A stretch of DNA of 64,000 bases from the NCBI GenBank assembly GCA_010015585.1, contig ML975152.1. One strand, given 5' to 3'. The stretch is from Eremomyces bilateralis CBS 781.70. Its lineage: Eukaryota. A model generated the notes under the pieces. It worked only from the letters and a program-made list of their open reading frames with translations. It did not search any database and was not told the origin of the DNA. This document shows, in pieces, positions 1 through 11,235 of the stretch; positions within the stretch are counted from its first letter, which is position 1; the number at the start of each line of letters is the position of its first letter. The position numbers and the translations under genes are program-made.

Positions 1-521
1 AACGAAGGGGGTGAGGGAAGAGAAGGTGATGACCATGAGAAATTATGGAACGCACGGCCCAAACAAAAAGAAAGACGGGCCGGAAGATGCAGAGCGAAAA
101 TGATGCACGCATGCGGGGATCCCCGATTCAAGCGAATCCGAAAATCGGGACCATGTAGAATCAACGCTCCGTGGGAATGCTAATCAACCGTGCCCAGCCA
201 CACCGAATTGATGAAGTTCGAGAAAGAGAGAGAGAAAAGGGGGTTTGCCACACTCCCGGTTGCAGATATGCAATGGGTGTGGACGGGCAACGTGAAAGTG
301 ATGATGATGATGTCCATGGGGGAAAAAAAACCGCAAAAACTCCGAAAATGACGCCGCCTGTGTGCGTGGGAATCGTGGGTACGTCGTGCTCGCCGATGGA
401 TGGATATGTACGTATAAGTAAACTCTCATTGTGCTCATTGTAGAATGGTTCCGTTGGTATCCCTTGCTCCCTTTCTCGGATACCCTCGATGCTGAGAAAA
501 TGAGGGGTGGTCGATTCGGAA

Positions 522-3236
522 TTACGGATCGAACCCGCCCTGGAAGAGATGATCGTCGTGCTCCACCCCGCTCATCCGGTCGCCGCGCTTCGGGTCGGGG
601 AAGTCCTTATCCCAATCCCCGTCCTCGTCTCCCTCGTCCATCTGGTCGTAGTCGTGCGCGTCCGGTTGGAACCGCCCGTCGAAATGCTTGTCGATCGAGC
701 TCTCGTCCACGAACGTGAAGCCCTTGAAGTTCGCCTGCAGCGTCGGACTCAGCGGTGTGGACGCGGTGTTGACGCCCGAGGCGAGGGCCGCGGCGCGCGC
801 GTTGAGCGAGCCTACGCCGCTACTCAGCGCGTTGGTGAATTCCGGGTCGAAGTTGGAGACGTCGAGCTCGGACTTGAGCTTCGGCTTGAAAGGCGGGACG
901 ACGTTCTTCTTCATCAGCGCGTCCCAGTCGACGTCTTCGAAGAACGGGTGCGCTTTCAGCTCCTCAGCGTCGCCGGTGAAGCCGAGGCGGTGCTTCGGAT
1001 TGCGGTTCAGCAGGCCCTTGACGAAGTTGCGGCCTTCGGTGCTGAGCGCGTCGCGCGGGAAGCGGACTTTGCCGAACGCGATGTTCTTGTACATCTGCTG
1101 GGTGTCCTCCGCGTAGAAGGGCGACCAACCGCAGCACATTTCGAAGACGAGAACGCCGAGGGACCAAAAATCTACCATCTTGCCATATCCTTGTTCGTCC
1201 AGAAGAACCTCGGGTGCGAGGTATTCAGTCGTGCCGCAGAACGTGTTGGTGGTGGCGTTGCCGGTCAGGTTCGCTTTCGAGAGACCGAAATCGCAAAGCG
1301 CGATATGTCCGTTCGCGTCGAGGAGGATGTTCTCGGGTTTGAGATCACGGTATACGATATCGTGGTCGTGCAAATGCTGAAGAGCGAGGATGAGTTCAGC
1401 GATGTAAAACTTCGCGCGGGCTTCGGAGAAGCGGCCTTCTTTCTGGAGATGCCAGAAAAGCTCGCCGCCGGACATGTAGTCGGTGACCAGGTAGAGGTCG
1501 GTGGGGGTTTGGAAGGAGAATTTGAGGGCGACGATGAAGGGAGAGTCGGCCATGGCCGTCCGCACCAGGATATTCCTCTCGCCTAGCGTATGCGCCACCT
1601 CCTTCTTCTGCACGATGACTTTCTTCGAGAGGACCTTCATGGCGTAGATCCTTCCGGTATCCTTCTTGCGCACCTGGAAGACCTGTCCGAACGTGCCTTT
1701 TCCGATTAGCTTCAGGATCTGGAAATCCTCCGGCCCATAGTGCCTTTTTGACACCTTGTGGAACGCGATTCGCAGATGGATCTCTCCCGTGACTTTCTCG
1801 ACATCTTCTCCTTCCCGAGCTTCCAGCGTGAACCAGCCGTCATGTGCCGTTTCGTATTCGATGAGGGTCGGACAGAATCGGATATGCCCAAGGAACGCAT
1901 CCTGATTGGAGCGATCGTACACGGAGATGTCGATCTCCGAATGCCCGCCTACAACGTCGCTACACGTTCCGTCAGTTACTTCTCGATGCGAGTACTTATA
2001 AAAGGCGTACAAGGTTCCCTCATGATCCCACTTCGGATCCGTAACTTTCGTGGTTTTCGGCAGCTCCCTCGCATCCATCCCCGTACTGCTACTCTGTCTG
2101 CTTTTCATCGGAATGGCCTTCGGCCTCGTCGAGTCGCTGCTATCCGACCGTTGAATCGCGACGGCATCTCCCCGCATCCGCGCTTGTGGATCCTTTCTCG
2201 GGCCTGATGAGATGTATTCCGACCACTGAAACTGGCAGACGACGTATGGATCGAGGCTGGGCCGTAGGCCTCGGCCTTCGGTGATGCATACGGCGAGTTT
2301 GCCGGTCGGGTTGCGGACTGGGGGAACGGGTTCGCTGGCGGAGGAACGGATGGAGGGGGTGTGGGAGGGGGTGTGGGCCGGTTTCGGTTTGGGGTCTTGC
2401 GAGCGGGATCTAGGGGTGTGTGGTGGCGTGCTCTGTCGTGATGGCGACAAGGCGCCTTCAGTTAGCACTTTCTGATCGGGCTTGGGAATCTGAGTGGATG
2501 TGGATGTGGATGAGGAAGTTCGAGGGGGTGCGATGCTGTTGAGAAGGGATGTGGAAGCTCTGTTCGGAGGGGGACCTGAAGCCGGCGACGAGAACTCAGA
2601 GGCGCTGGCGGTGTGGGTGGACAGCACGCTGTTCAGAGGACTCGTGTTGACAAGAGTGTATCTGCGCAGGTGAGAACTGGGAGAGGAGGGCTTGATGTCG
2701 GTGTCCGAGAGACTTCGAGGTCCCAACGACAACGCATGGCTACCTCGATGTGACCTCTCGTCTCGGCTGCCTCGGGTCGACGACGATGACGAGGTCGGTG
2801 GGGTAGGGTACGAAATCGGGGACACGGAGATCCGCTCATGGGGAAGCAGTGGGGGGGAATCGTCACTGGTCATGGGCGTCTCTGAGGGAGAGCATGGAGC
2901 GGTTGGTAATCCGCACGCTGGATGCTTCTCGGTCGAGTCTGGTGCGATATCGGCTTCAGGTGCAGGTGTAGGTGAGGGAGTGGTGCAGTGGTTGAGCTTC
3001 GCGCTGCGGTCCATAACGAGGGAATTGGGCTTTCTGGGCTGGGATAAAGGTTGGCTTGGAAGGGAATCACAAACCTGGCCAAAGTAGCTATGTACGATGC
3101 CGGGAAGTCGTTTGTCGGTGAAATCCGGGCGTGGGGTGGCAGCGCCGGGTGGGGTCGAGCTGTTCGACCCGATGCCATCGTGGTCGTCGTCGCCTAATAA
3201 TCTGGTGGGAGACGCTAGCGTGTTAGCGTGCGGCAT
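522..3236 (-). CDS. SCH9: AGC-family Ser/Thr kinase Sch9/Sck1 (C2 domain + kinase + AGC C-tail); one 51-nt intron 1960-2010
   Basis: Motifs GKGTFGQV, YAMKVLSK, YRDLKPEN, DFG, TFCGTTEYLAPE and the hydrophobic motif FKGFTFV; C2 region GKLAVCITEGRGL..DPYVVCQF. ATG at 3236 (the track start at 3290 is TTG). Intron GTACGC..CTGAC..TAG is in frame. Confidence 0.95.
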   Translation of the reverse strand: MPHANTLASPTRLLGDDDHDGIGSNSSTPPGAATPRPDFTDKRLPGIVHSYFGQVCDSLPSQPLSQPRKPNSLVMDRSAKLNHCTTPSPTPAPEADIAPDSTEKHPACGLPTAPCSPSETPMTSDDSPPLLPHERISVSPISYPTPPTSSSSSTRGSRDERSHRGSHALSLGPRSLSDTDIKPSSPSSHLRRYTLVNTSPLNSVLSTHTASASEFSSPASGPPPNRASTSLLNSIAPPRTSSSTSTSTQIPKPDQKVLTEGALSPSRQSTPPHTPRSRSQDPKPKPAHTPSHTPSIRSSASEPVPPVRNPTGKLAVCITEGRGLRPSLDPYVVCQFQWSEYISSGPRKDPQARMRGDAVAIQRSDSSDSTRPKAIPMKSRQSSSTGMDARELPKTTKVTDPKWDHEGTLYAFYKYSHREVTDGTCSDVVGGHSEIDISVYDRSNQDAFLGHIRFCPTLIEYETAHDGWFTLEAREGEDVEKVTGEIHLRIAFHKVSKRHYGPEDFQILKLIGKGTFGQVFQVRKKDTGRIYAMKVLSKKVIVQKKEVAHTLGERNILVRTAMADSPFIVALKFSFQTPTDLYLVTDYMSGGELFWHLQKEGRFSEARAKFYIAELILALQHLHDHDIVYRDLKPENILLDANGHIALCDFGLSKANLTGNATTNTFCGTTEYLAPEVLLDEQGYGKMVDFWSLGVLVFEMCCGWSPFYAEDTQQMYKNIAFGKVRFPRDALSTEGRNFVKGLLNRNPKHRLGFTGDAEELKAHPFFEDVDWDALMKKNVVPPFKPKLKSELDVSNFDPEFTNALSSGVGSLNARAAALASGVNTASTPLSPTLQANFKGFTFVDESSIDKHFDGRFQPDAHDYDQMDEGDEDGDWDKDFPDPKRGDRMSGVEHDDHLFQGGFDP

Positions 3237-4129
3237 ATTGTCGGTGATGGAAAATTGTTGCTGAGTGAGAAAAAAAATGCGAGGGATCAAGAAGAAATAG
3301 AAAAACGAAAGGGCAGAGAAAGAGTCGGCCGGTGCGGAGAGAGTCCGTGAGGATGTGTGTGGAAAAGATGGATGGAGAAGAGAAGACCAGACGAGCGGAT
3401 GATGGACGATGATGATGGCAAGACGCGGTTCCAGGTCAAGGTTCCAGGCCGGTTGTGTGTAACAAGGGACGACCGAGTGGCTTGGAGTGATTCAGTGATG
3501 CAGTCAGGGCCTTCGAGTCTTGACCGTTCAGTGATTCGACTGTTCAACAGAAACCTCCAAATGCGGACCGATGGGTCCAGCGACTTAGTGACGGCAAATT
3601 TCCCAAAAATGCCACTAGAACCGAGCGGCTATGATTGCCTTTTCCGGCCTTTTCATTGGTTATCACTTGCGCAGTCGAGTTGCTGACCCTGTCCGTTGGT
3701 ATTTGGTAGCAGTGTCGCTGCGTCAGTGTTTGGTGGTGGAAAATCGAGGGGTAGAGGATGCACTATGCAGCTGGAAGGCCTGTAATCATGTACAAATTTT
3801 CACATCCTTCCAGCCCAAGTCTCTCCTGCGCACATAACAGGGAATTCGGTTATGGCCGTAAATAGGAGGCGGATTGGTAATGATGGGGCGGTGCCGAAAA
3901 ATCGCGATTTCGTGGTCTTTCGAGCTGACTCTTGCACTGCCGGTACTCTGTAACTTGTTGCAAAGTCCGCAGCGTTACACTCAAATATCATCTCCCACGT
4001 CACTATCGAGTGACAAAATATGGCGGCATGTGACATCGCAGTCGAGTTCCTGGGAACACCCTGGCACCAGCTGCGGAAATGCCAGATTTGTCTCCATGTC
4101 ATCTCCGGAATATCAGATGGTGTCCCCGC

Positions 4130-5437
4130 TCATCGGATCTCGACCACCCCCATGAACCGCATCCGATCCATATCTCCATAGGGCCTTTTCCACAATCGCG
4201 CGGAAGAAACACCCTTGCACTGTTGCACTGTTACACCGTTGTAAGCTTGCACGACTTTGTTCATGTTGCCTTGCAATCTTGCGGTTGCATCGTGGAGGGG
4301 CGTCGTAGATCGATCCCGCAGTGCGTCCGGGTGATGGCGCCGGATTGTTGGTGTCGCGCTTGTCCTGTCGACGTCGTTGTCCTTGTCTCCCACCATGTCA
4401 CGGATCGATATGACCTCATTTTCATCTAAAGGTGCGACGCGGCGAATATCGCCAGTCAACTGCTCAAAGATGCGGGGAGTCATGATGTCGTTCCGGTCCG
4501 TCATCGTGCTCTGGTCCGGAATAGCCCGTCCGGAATGTCCATCCAATGGAGGGGAAGTGGTCGGGATAAATCCAGATGCTCGTGCTTCGTGCTGCTCTCT
4601 CTCCTCTCTCATGACTCTCTCACCATCGGGCTGCTGCCAACTGACGTTTGCGCATCGTGGGAAAATTGGGCATCACTTCGGGTAAAAACCGCATGGACAT
4701 TGCACTTACCTCGGAGGATTACTCTGCATCATCGCCTGGCGCAACAGGTCGGTCGCGGTCTCCTGGCCGGCCATGGTTGCGGACAGTCGCTTCAATCCCG
4801 AAACCGAGCGGGAATCCGGTGGAAAGCTGGTGGTGGATAAAGTAGGGACGACGCTGGCAGATTTGTAGGTTGCGGTTTGACGAAGCGGTGGGCGGGACGA
4901 GGTGGCTTTGCTGGAGGAATTAGTTCGTGGTATGGCGGGGTCTTTCGGTCGGCCGGGTTTCGCGCTGGATCGCGTCGCTTGTGATGACTCTTCTTCCCGG
5001 CGGGCAGAGATGCTCCCTTGGCGGGAACAGGATCGATGGTGGTCACGATTCTGGTCACAGTTCTGGCCACAGTTCTGGCCACAGTTCTGGCCACAGTTCT
5101 GGTCACAGTTCGTGTCCGACTGGTTCGCGATCTTGTCGCCGAAATGGGTGGTCTGGAAGCTTTTGTTCCGCTGCAGAGTCAGGCCTCGAAGCGCCTGAGC
5201 CGCGTTGGACAGGGTCGATATTAACCCGTTGGACGCTGTCTTGGCCGCCGGTTCATTCTTCTCGGATTCCGGCACATTTGCAAGCGGCTGAGGACGATCC
5301 TGCGGTTCTCGCGGAGTGGATGTGGTCGCGGAAATATTCGATGGATTTTCGTTTTCGCCTTGCTGCTGGTCGCAGGCGGGTTTTGAAGTAGAAAGTGACC
5401 GCGCGGGGGCTGACTCGACTGGCTGGGGAGCCGCCAT
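4130..5437 (-). CDS. Upstream coding exons (ATG 5437 or 4774 to 4710; 4640 to about 4230), probably an alternative N-terminus of Sch9, or else a separate small gene
   Basis: ORF 4706-5710 ends MAGQETATDLLRQAMMQSNPP at an AG|GTAAGT donor (4709). A CAG acceptor (4641-4643) joins it in frame to the ORF ERVMREEREQHEARASG..IMTPRIFEQL. The downstream junction is unresolved. Confidence 0.55.
5051..5110. repeat. 12-bp tandem repeat (CTGG(C/T)CACAGTT) x5, encoding (C[G/D]QN)n on the minus strand
   Basis: Read directly: ctggtcacagtt ctggccacagtt ctggccacagtt ctggccacagtt ctggtcacagtt. Confidence 0.9.
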
Positions 5438-7438
5438 TTTGTCGTCCACCGCCTTGGGCCAGGCGGTTCTACTGTTGGCTGTCGTGTTCCGAACTCTCTT
5501 TTTCGTTCCGTCGCTGGTCCTTGCAGCCTCCCGGCTCCCCTGGTCCCTTGGGTTTCTGCAGACGGGTTCCTTTCCGGGTGGGCCAGAAGGATTTGTGTCA
5601 CTTTCGCAAGGTGTGGAAGATGAAGTCCAATAAGTTTGATAGGGTGGTTCTGGAAGATTTCTCCGGTGCAGGCTGCGTCCGAAGGTGAGAGGTGTAGAAG
5701 CTGTTTCCAATGCGATGCGCAGTAGTGAAGAGCCGTCAAAGACCTATGATGTAAGGAGAATTAAGTCGAGATCAAGGATGAAGAAATTTTGGAAGAGGGA
5801 AATGTGAAAACCGTGTCGAATGGGTTAGTTGAGGAAGTGAAATGGGCATGTTCACGCTGAAGCAAGACAGTGGGACATTATTGGGACTGCCAGCGGAATC
5901 GCGGACCAGCAACAGAATGTGAACACTGAACTGTGAAGTGAGGCGGGCGTCGTCCACGGAGATGATAGCGAGAGGCGAGATCATCCACTCGGCGGATCTG
6001 GACTTCTGGAGGCGGGAATCCCTGTTCTGGCTCATATGCATTGGATGATTTACGAGATGATGATTATTCGCATGCTTATCGGTCTTCTATTCTCCGTTCA
6101 AATGTTACACTGGGATCGACTCCGGGAGCGTCGTCACTTCTCTCGGCCATCTCAGCCATCACAGCCATCGACACCGCCAACTTTGGTTCAACCAAACTTT
6201 GGCGATTGCTTTGTGGACATCAATCAATGCATCAATCAAGGTATAGGACGTTGAGCACGCCTTCACCGCGTCTTCACCGCGCCTTCACCTTCACCGCTTT
6301 CCTTCCCATTGTCACGATTACCACGATTATCATGTTCATGGCGGATAGAAACCCTTTCACCCTTTCATCCTTTCATCCTTTCACGCTTTCACGTTGCCTC
6401 ATGCCAAATGCGACCTGGATGACGTCTATTAAAAGGACTGATATTCAGTGTAACATTGGATCGCTGTGTGCCCTGCATTCGCTGCCAGATTCCAGGTCTT
6501 AGATGGGCCCAGGTCAAGCCAGACCCCTTTGACATGTACGACGACTTTGACGAGTCGATCCAGCGGCCAATCAGTATTCCAACACTTCACCTTCTCGATC
6601 AATGCTCATTATCGATACATGTGTGCAGCAAGGTTGTACCGCACATTGCATCAGATTTGACTCTTTACTCTTGCTGCTATTAGTGTGGGAAGTGAAGTGA
6701 ACACCTCCTTTATTCCATTTAGCATCATCTCCTGGCTTGATCGCCTCTTAACTCTTAACTCCCCGAACAAAGTCTTACCGATCCAAAAATGGATCGAAAA
6801 AAAGCTTGATGCGGATCACACCAATCAGATCCTCCCTGATTGCCCCACTGATCCACTTCAAGTAGTTGATTGGTGGGACCCGATCTTCTGAACATCAGGG
6901 AGATATCTGAGCCCTCGGCAATGGGAGAGTGCTGCATGGCGGCGGCGTGGCGGCGGCGCAGCCCGGTGCGCATCTGCCATGGAAAATGGATGGAGGGGCG
7001 GCGGGCCGGAGGGATGAGCCAGGGGAGGGAGGGCGAGGTACGGAGTACAAACTGCACAGATTAGCCAGGGCACAGGGAGGGGTACAGGCAGGCCAGGAAC
7101 CCACGTTGCCGGCTTCACTCCCCGATGTCCTCGGCTCTGTCTGGCGGCGCTTGGGCTATGCCGCGGGCGCTGTGGTGCGACGATGGGATATCAACCGACG
7201 AGCTGCACTGCATAACGTTATTGGGGTTCTCTCACACTGCCTATTAGGTCGATTTTCCCGGATAGGTTCCTTTGAGAGAATTTGAAGGTATCCAGAAACG
7301 ATTATGATATGATTGCATGAGAGCGCGACAAGATACCCTCCCCGTGGATTGACATTTCCGCCTATCCCTTGCGAATAGATCGAATAGACTTCCCCTACTT
7401 TCCCCCATTATTAATAATTCCTCCTCCCTGTCCTCCCA

Positions 7439-8020
7439 ATGGGTTCCGCATTCCGCACATTGTCCCCGACGGCTCTCTCCCACTTCGACACCATCCCGTG
7501 GTGCGCTGCCCTCATCTCCTCCCCCAACTACCACCCCACCTCCCTCCCCTCTCCCCCCGAACCTGGACGCGACTCCTTCTTCACCACCACCCTCCGCGGC
7601 CCAGAGACCATCCGCGCCGTCTACCCCCTCCACACGCGCCCGGACCCCTCCCTCGCCGTCCCCATCCGCGAAACCCGCATCCTGCTCGCCGTCGGCAACC
7701 AGCTCAATGGCCACACGCACACCGCCCACGGCGGGTTCAGCGCCGCAGTGCTGGACGAGGCTATGGGCGCGTGGATGACGATTAATCGGGAGTGGAACGA
7801 GCGAAGGGGGAGGGAGAGCGTGCCGAAGATCGGGATGACGTTAACGATGACCACCACCTATTTGCGGCCCGTCTTGACTCCGGGCGTCGTGCTGGTGACG
7901 GTGAGGTGCGAAAAGGTTGAGGGGCGGAAGTGGTGGTTGTCGAGTACGCTGGAGGATGGGAGTGGCGCCGTGTTGGTGAAGGCGGAGGGGCTGTTTATCA
8001 ATCCGCGCGCGTTGATATAG
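7439..8020 (+). CDS. Hotdog-fold (PaaI-like) acyl-CoA thioesterase
   Basis: LNGHTHTAHGGFSAAVLDEAMG motif, YLRPVLTPGVV and VEGRKWW..LEDG..AEGLF; single exon, 193 aa. Confidence 0.85.
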   Translation: MGSAFRTLSPTALSHFDTIPWCAALISSPNYHPTSLPSPPEPGRDSFFTTTLRGPETIRAVYPLHTRPDPSLAVPIRETRILLAVGNQLNGHTHTAHGGFSAAVLDEAMGAWMTINREWNERRGRESVPKIGMTLTMTTTYLRPVLTPGVVLVTVRCEKVEGRKWWLSSTLEDGSGAVLVKAEGLFINPRALI

Positions 8021-8683
8021 AGTGGACGACGGTCTCACTACCGGCCTCATCGCGACTTCATGCAGGAGGGTCAATGGGGGATTACACTTCCCGAGCTCTT
8101 TTGTTACCACGATACATCTGCAGCCTGCGTATCCGATTGCCCAAAGGTACAGGGGTTCTTGTTCAGACGCATCTGCAGTTCCACACCTACCACCCGATCA
8201 TCAGATGGTATCAGAAGAAACATAGTACGGAAATGTCATCGGCGAATAAGTCCCTCCATCCGACAAGTCGAACGGCTGTCAATACCTATTTGTATGCTAT
8301 TTGTAATATGGCCAGCATATGTCAATAGGGTCAGGATGATCGTTCAGATGTAGTACGTAGTTACAGCAGTAGCCCCACGGAGATCGGGGGCGAGACAGGC
8401 CGAGGTTCCACCCTTGTGCCTGGGTGTCGCAGAGGTGGCATCTCGACGGACGACGGTGGAGGTCATTGACCTTTGATAAAACTTTAATCACCTTCGTCGT
8501 TGGATATATGGGACATCTCGCCCCTCAATTCCTCATTCCTTTTGCTCATTTCGCCCTTTCTCGACGCGTTCAGCCGATTGCCAATTGATTGAAGTATTCA
8601 GAGCATCGCATCACCACCCCATACCCCCACGAGACGTCGATCTTCTACTCCATTTACGCCACCGTATACTTACATCATACACC

Positions 8684-10132
8684 ATGGACGCCTCCCCCGG
8701 CGCGATGCTCCGGATGCTGGTGCCGAAAGTGCCATTAATCCTCAAGACCACTGTCGCCCATTCCGTCGGCCTATCCGAAACCGCCTCGAAATGGGACCTG
8801 AAAACCGAGCTCACCATTAAGGTGATCCGCTCGTTCCTCAACACGAAGCACCCCACCCCGATCTCCAAAGCGCAGAAGGGCTCCCTCCGCGACCCTGGCG
8901 TCAAGGGTCGCATGTGGGTGAGCCGCGTCGAGCTACCCGCGCCTGCCGAGGACGACATCCGCGAGGTACTGTTCAAGGCGATCGACGACCTGAATGTCGG
9001 GGGCGAGGCGTATTACCAGCGACCCGATGCCCGGTCCGTCACCGCTGAATGGACGGGATACCGCGCCAATGTCGGCAAGGAGGAGCCGGAGCCGGAGATC
9101 TCGGAGCCGGAGAAGTACGCGAACCTCATGAAGGAGAACGGCAGCACGCCCACCATTCTCTATTTCCACGGCGGCGCGTACTACCTCATGGATCCCGCGA
9201 CCCACCGGCCCTCCACCTCCCAACTCGCCCACCTCAGCGGCGGCCGTGTCCTCTCCGTCCGCTACCGCCTCGCGCCGAAGCACCCGTTCCCCGCCGCGCT
9301 CCTCGACGCGCTCCTCGCCTACCTCTCCCTCCTCTACCCGCCCCCCGACGCCCTCCACGCTCCCGTCCCCGCCTCTTCCATTATCTTCGCCGGCGACTCC
9401 GCCGGCGGAAACCTCTCTTTCGCGCTCCTCGGCCTCCTCCTGCACCTCAACCGCAGCGGCGCCGCCACGCTAAATTTCCACGGGCAGCAAGTCTCCCTCC
9501 CCCTCCCCGCCGGCGTCGCCACCAACTCTCCCTGGCTCGACGTCACCCGCAGCATGCCCTCCATCGCCACGAACCTTAAATATGACTACCTCCCCCCACG
9601 CGTCCCCGTCGCGAACATGGCGCCCATCCCCCCCTGCGATTTGTGGCCTGCCACGCCGCCCCGCGCCGACCTGTTCTGCCACGCCGCCATGCTCTCCCAC
9701 CCGCTCGTGTCCCCGCTCGCCGCCCCCTCGGAATTCTGGACCGGAGCGCCCCCGCTGTTCTTCACCCTCGGTGAGGAGATGCTGGAGGATGAGGGTCGGG
9801 TGGTGGCGCGCCGCGCAGCGAAAGCCGGGGTGACGGTGGTGTGGGTGGAGTTCGAGGCGATGCCGCACTGCTTCGGAATGCTGTTCGCGGGGACGCCGGG
9901 GTCGCGGCGGTGTTTCGAGGAGTGGGGGCGGTTCTGCAAGGCGGTGGGGAACGGGGAGGCGGTGGTGACGAAAGGGACGTTTCTGCGGGCGAAGACGTTG
10001 GCGGCGGAGGAAGTGGAGGTGGCGACGATGCGGGCTGTCGAGGATGCGGAGGTGGCGCGGTTGATGGAGGAAGTGAGGCAGGAGCAGGTTAGACATGAGG
10101 CCACGCAGATGAAGGAAGTTGCGAAGCTATAG
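8684..10132 (+). CDS. Alpha/beta hydrolase of the HSL/Abhydrolase_3 family (Say1-like esterase/lipase) with C-terminal AKL
   Basis: YFHGGAY oxyanion motif, YRLAPKHPFPAALLD, GDSAGGNL nucleophile elbow, SPWLD, MPHCF; ATG in ACCATGG context at 8684. Confidence 0.9.
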   Translation: MDASPGAMLRMLVPKVPLILKTTVAHSVGLSETASKWDLKTELTIKVIRSFLNTKHPTPISKAQKGSLRDPGVKGRMWVSRVELPAPAEDDIREVLFKAIDDLNVGGEAYYQRPDARSVTAEWTGYRANVGKEEPEPEISEPEKYANLMKENGSTPTILYFHGGAYYLMDPATHRPSTSQLAHLSGGRVLSVRYRLAPKHPFPAALLDALLAYLSLLYPPPDALHAPVPASSIIFAGDSAGGNLSFALLGLLLHLNRSGAATLNFHGQQVSLPLPAGVATNSPWLDVTRSMPSIATNLKYDYLPPRVPVANMAPIPPCDLWPATPPRADLFCHAAMLSHPLVSPLAAPSEFWTGAPPLFFTLGEEMLEDEGRVVARRAAKAGVTVVWVEFEAMPHCFGMLFAGTPGSRRCFEEWGRFCKAVGNGEAVVTKGTFLRAKTLAAEEVEVATMRAVEDAEVARLMEEVRQEQVRHEATQMKEVAKL

Positions 10133-10212
10133 GTGTCAATAATCGAGCGAATGTAATAACTTTTGGAGCAACACCGATCAAATGCTTGTGTGTGGGGTGG
10201 AGGAATCGTAAA

Positions 10213-11235
10213 TTAGATGCTCTCCGCACCCGTCAACCGTGTATACGCCTCCATATACCCCTGATACGTCCGCTCCGCCACCTCCGCCGGCATCGTCACC
10301 CCCTCTTTCCCCTTAAGTCCGTTCGCGATCAGCCAGTCCCTCAGGAACTGCTTATCGAGGCTCTCCTGCGGCCGGCCGACCGTGTACTTCGTCGCGTCCC
10401 AGAAGCGGCTGCTGTCCGGCGTCAGCACCTCGTCCACCAGCACAACGCTCGGCGGCTGCGTCGACTCGTCGAGCGCAAACTCGAACTTGGTGTCCGCGAT
10501 GATGATGCCGTGCGCTTGGGCGTAGTCGCGCGCGGCGGAGTAGATCTGGACGGAGAGTGAGGCGATTTTGTTGGCGTACTCGCTACCGATGATCTTGGCG
10601 GCTGGGTAGTCGTCAGTCTGGGATGCGAAGTACCGAGAGGGGAGACAGACCTTGCTCGGGAGTGATGTTCTCGTCGTGTTGGCCGGCTTCGGCTTTTGTA
10701 CTGGGCGTCCAGAGCGGAGTGGGAAATTGTTGGCTCTCTTGGAGTCCTTCGCCGACGTTGATACCGTGCACCGTCCCAGATTTCTTGTACTCGGACCAGG
10801 CACTACCCGTGATGTAGCCACGGACGATCGACTCGATCGGAAACACTTTGAGTCGTTTGACCTGCATGCTCCGGTCCTGATACAACTCTCCCTCTTTCGT
10901 GCCGGCCAGCGCCTTCGGCAGGTCCAGAGAAATGAAATGAGTCTCCAACGACGCCGACGGGAGCAGCTTGGGGATTTGCGTGAACCAGAACCGGGACATC
11001 AGAGTCAAGATCTTGCCCTTATTGGGGATGCCATTCTCCAAGACGACATCGAACGCACTGATGCGATCGGTCGCTACGAAGAGTAACGTCTTCGCATCGA
11101 TCTCGTATACATCTCGGACTATATTCCGTTAGACCTAAAATGACGCTCGATCCTCCAGATCCTTCAATTGCACTGACCTTTGCCTTGGCCTAGCAGCTTG
11201 TAATAGCGCCCTAGGTCCGTGGAAGTAAGCACCAT
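10213..11235 (-). CDS. ADE1: SAICAR synthetase; exons 11235-11178, 11118-10651, 10601-10213
   Basis: Spliced product reads GKVRDVYE..LLFVATDRISAFD..IPNKG..ESIVRGYITGS..TPSTKAE..IIADTKFEF..DEVLTPDSSRFW..SLDKQFLRDWL. Confidence 0.95.

Noticed and set aside
507..1586. 359-aa + strand ORF antisense to the Sch9 kinase domain
   Set aside because: Shadow ORF from strong C/G third-position bias; GTG start; no motifs.
6860..7200. GC/G-rich island with overlapping short ORFs between the Sch9 distal exons and the thioesterase
   Set aside because: No coherent frame or splice structure; probably promoter DNA. I cannot assign a function, although it has G4 potential.
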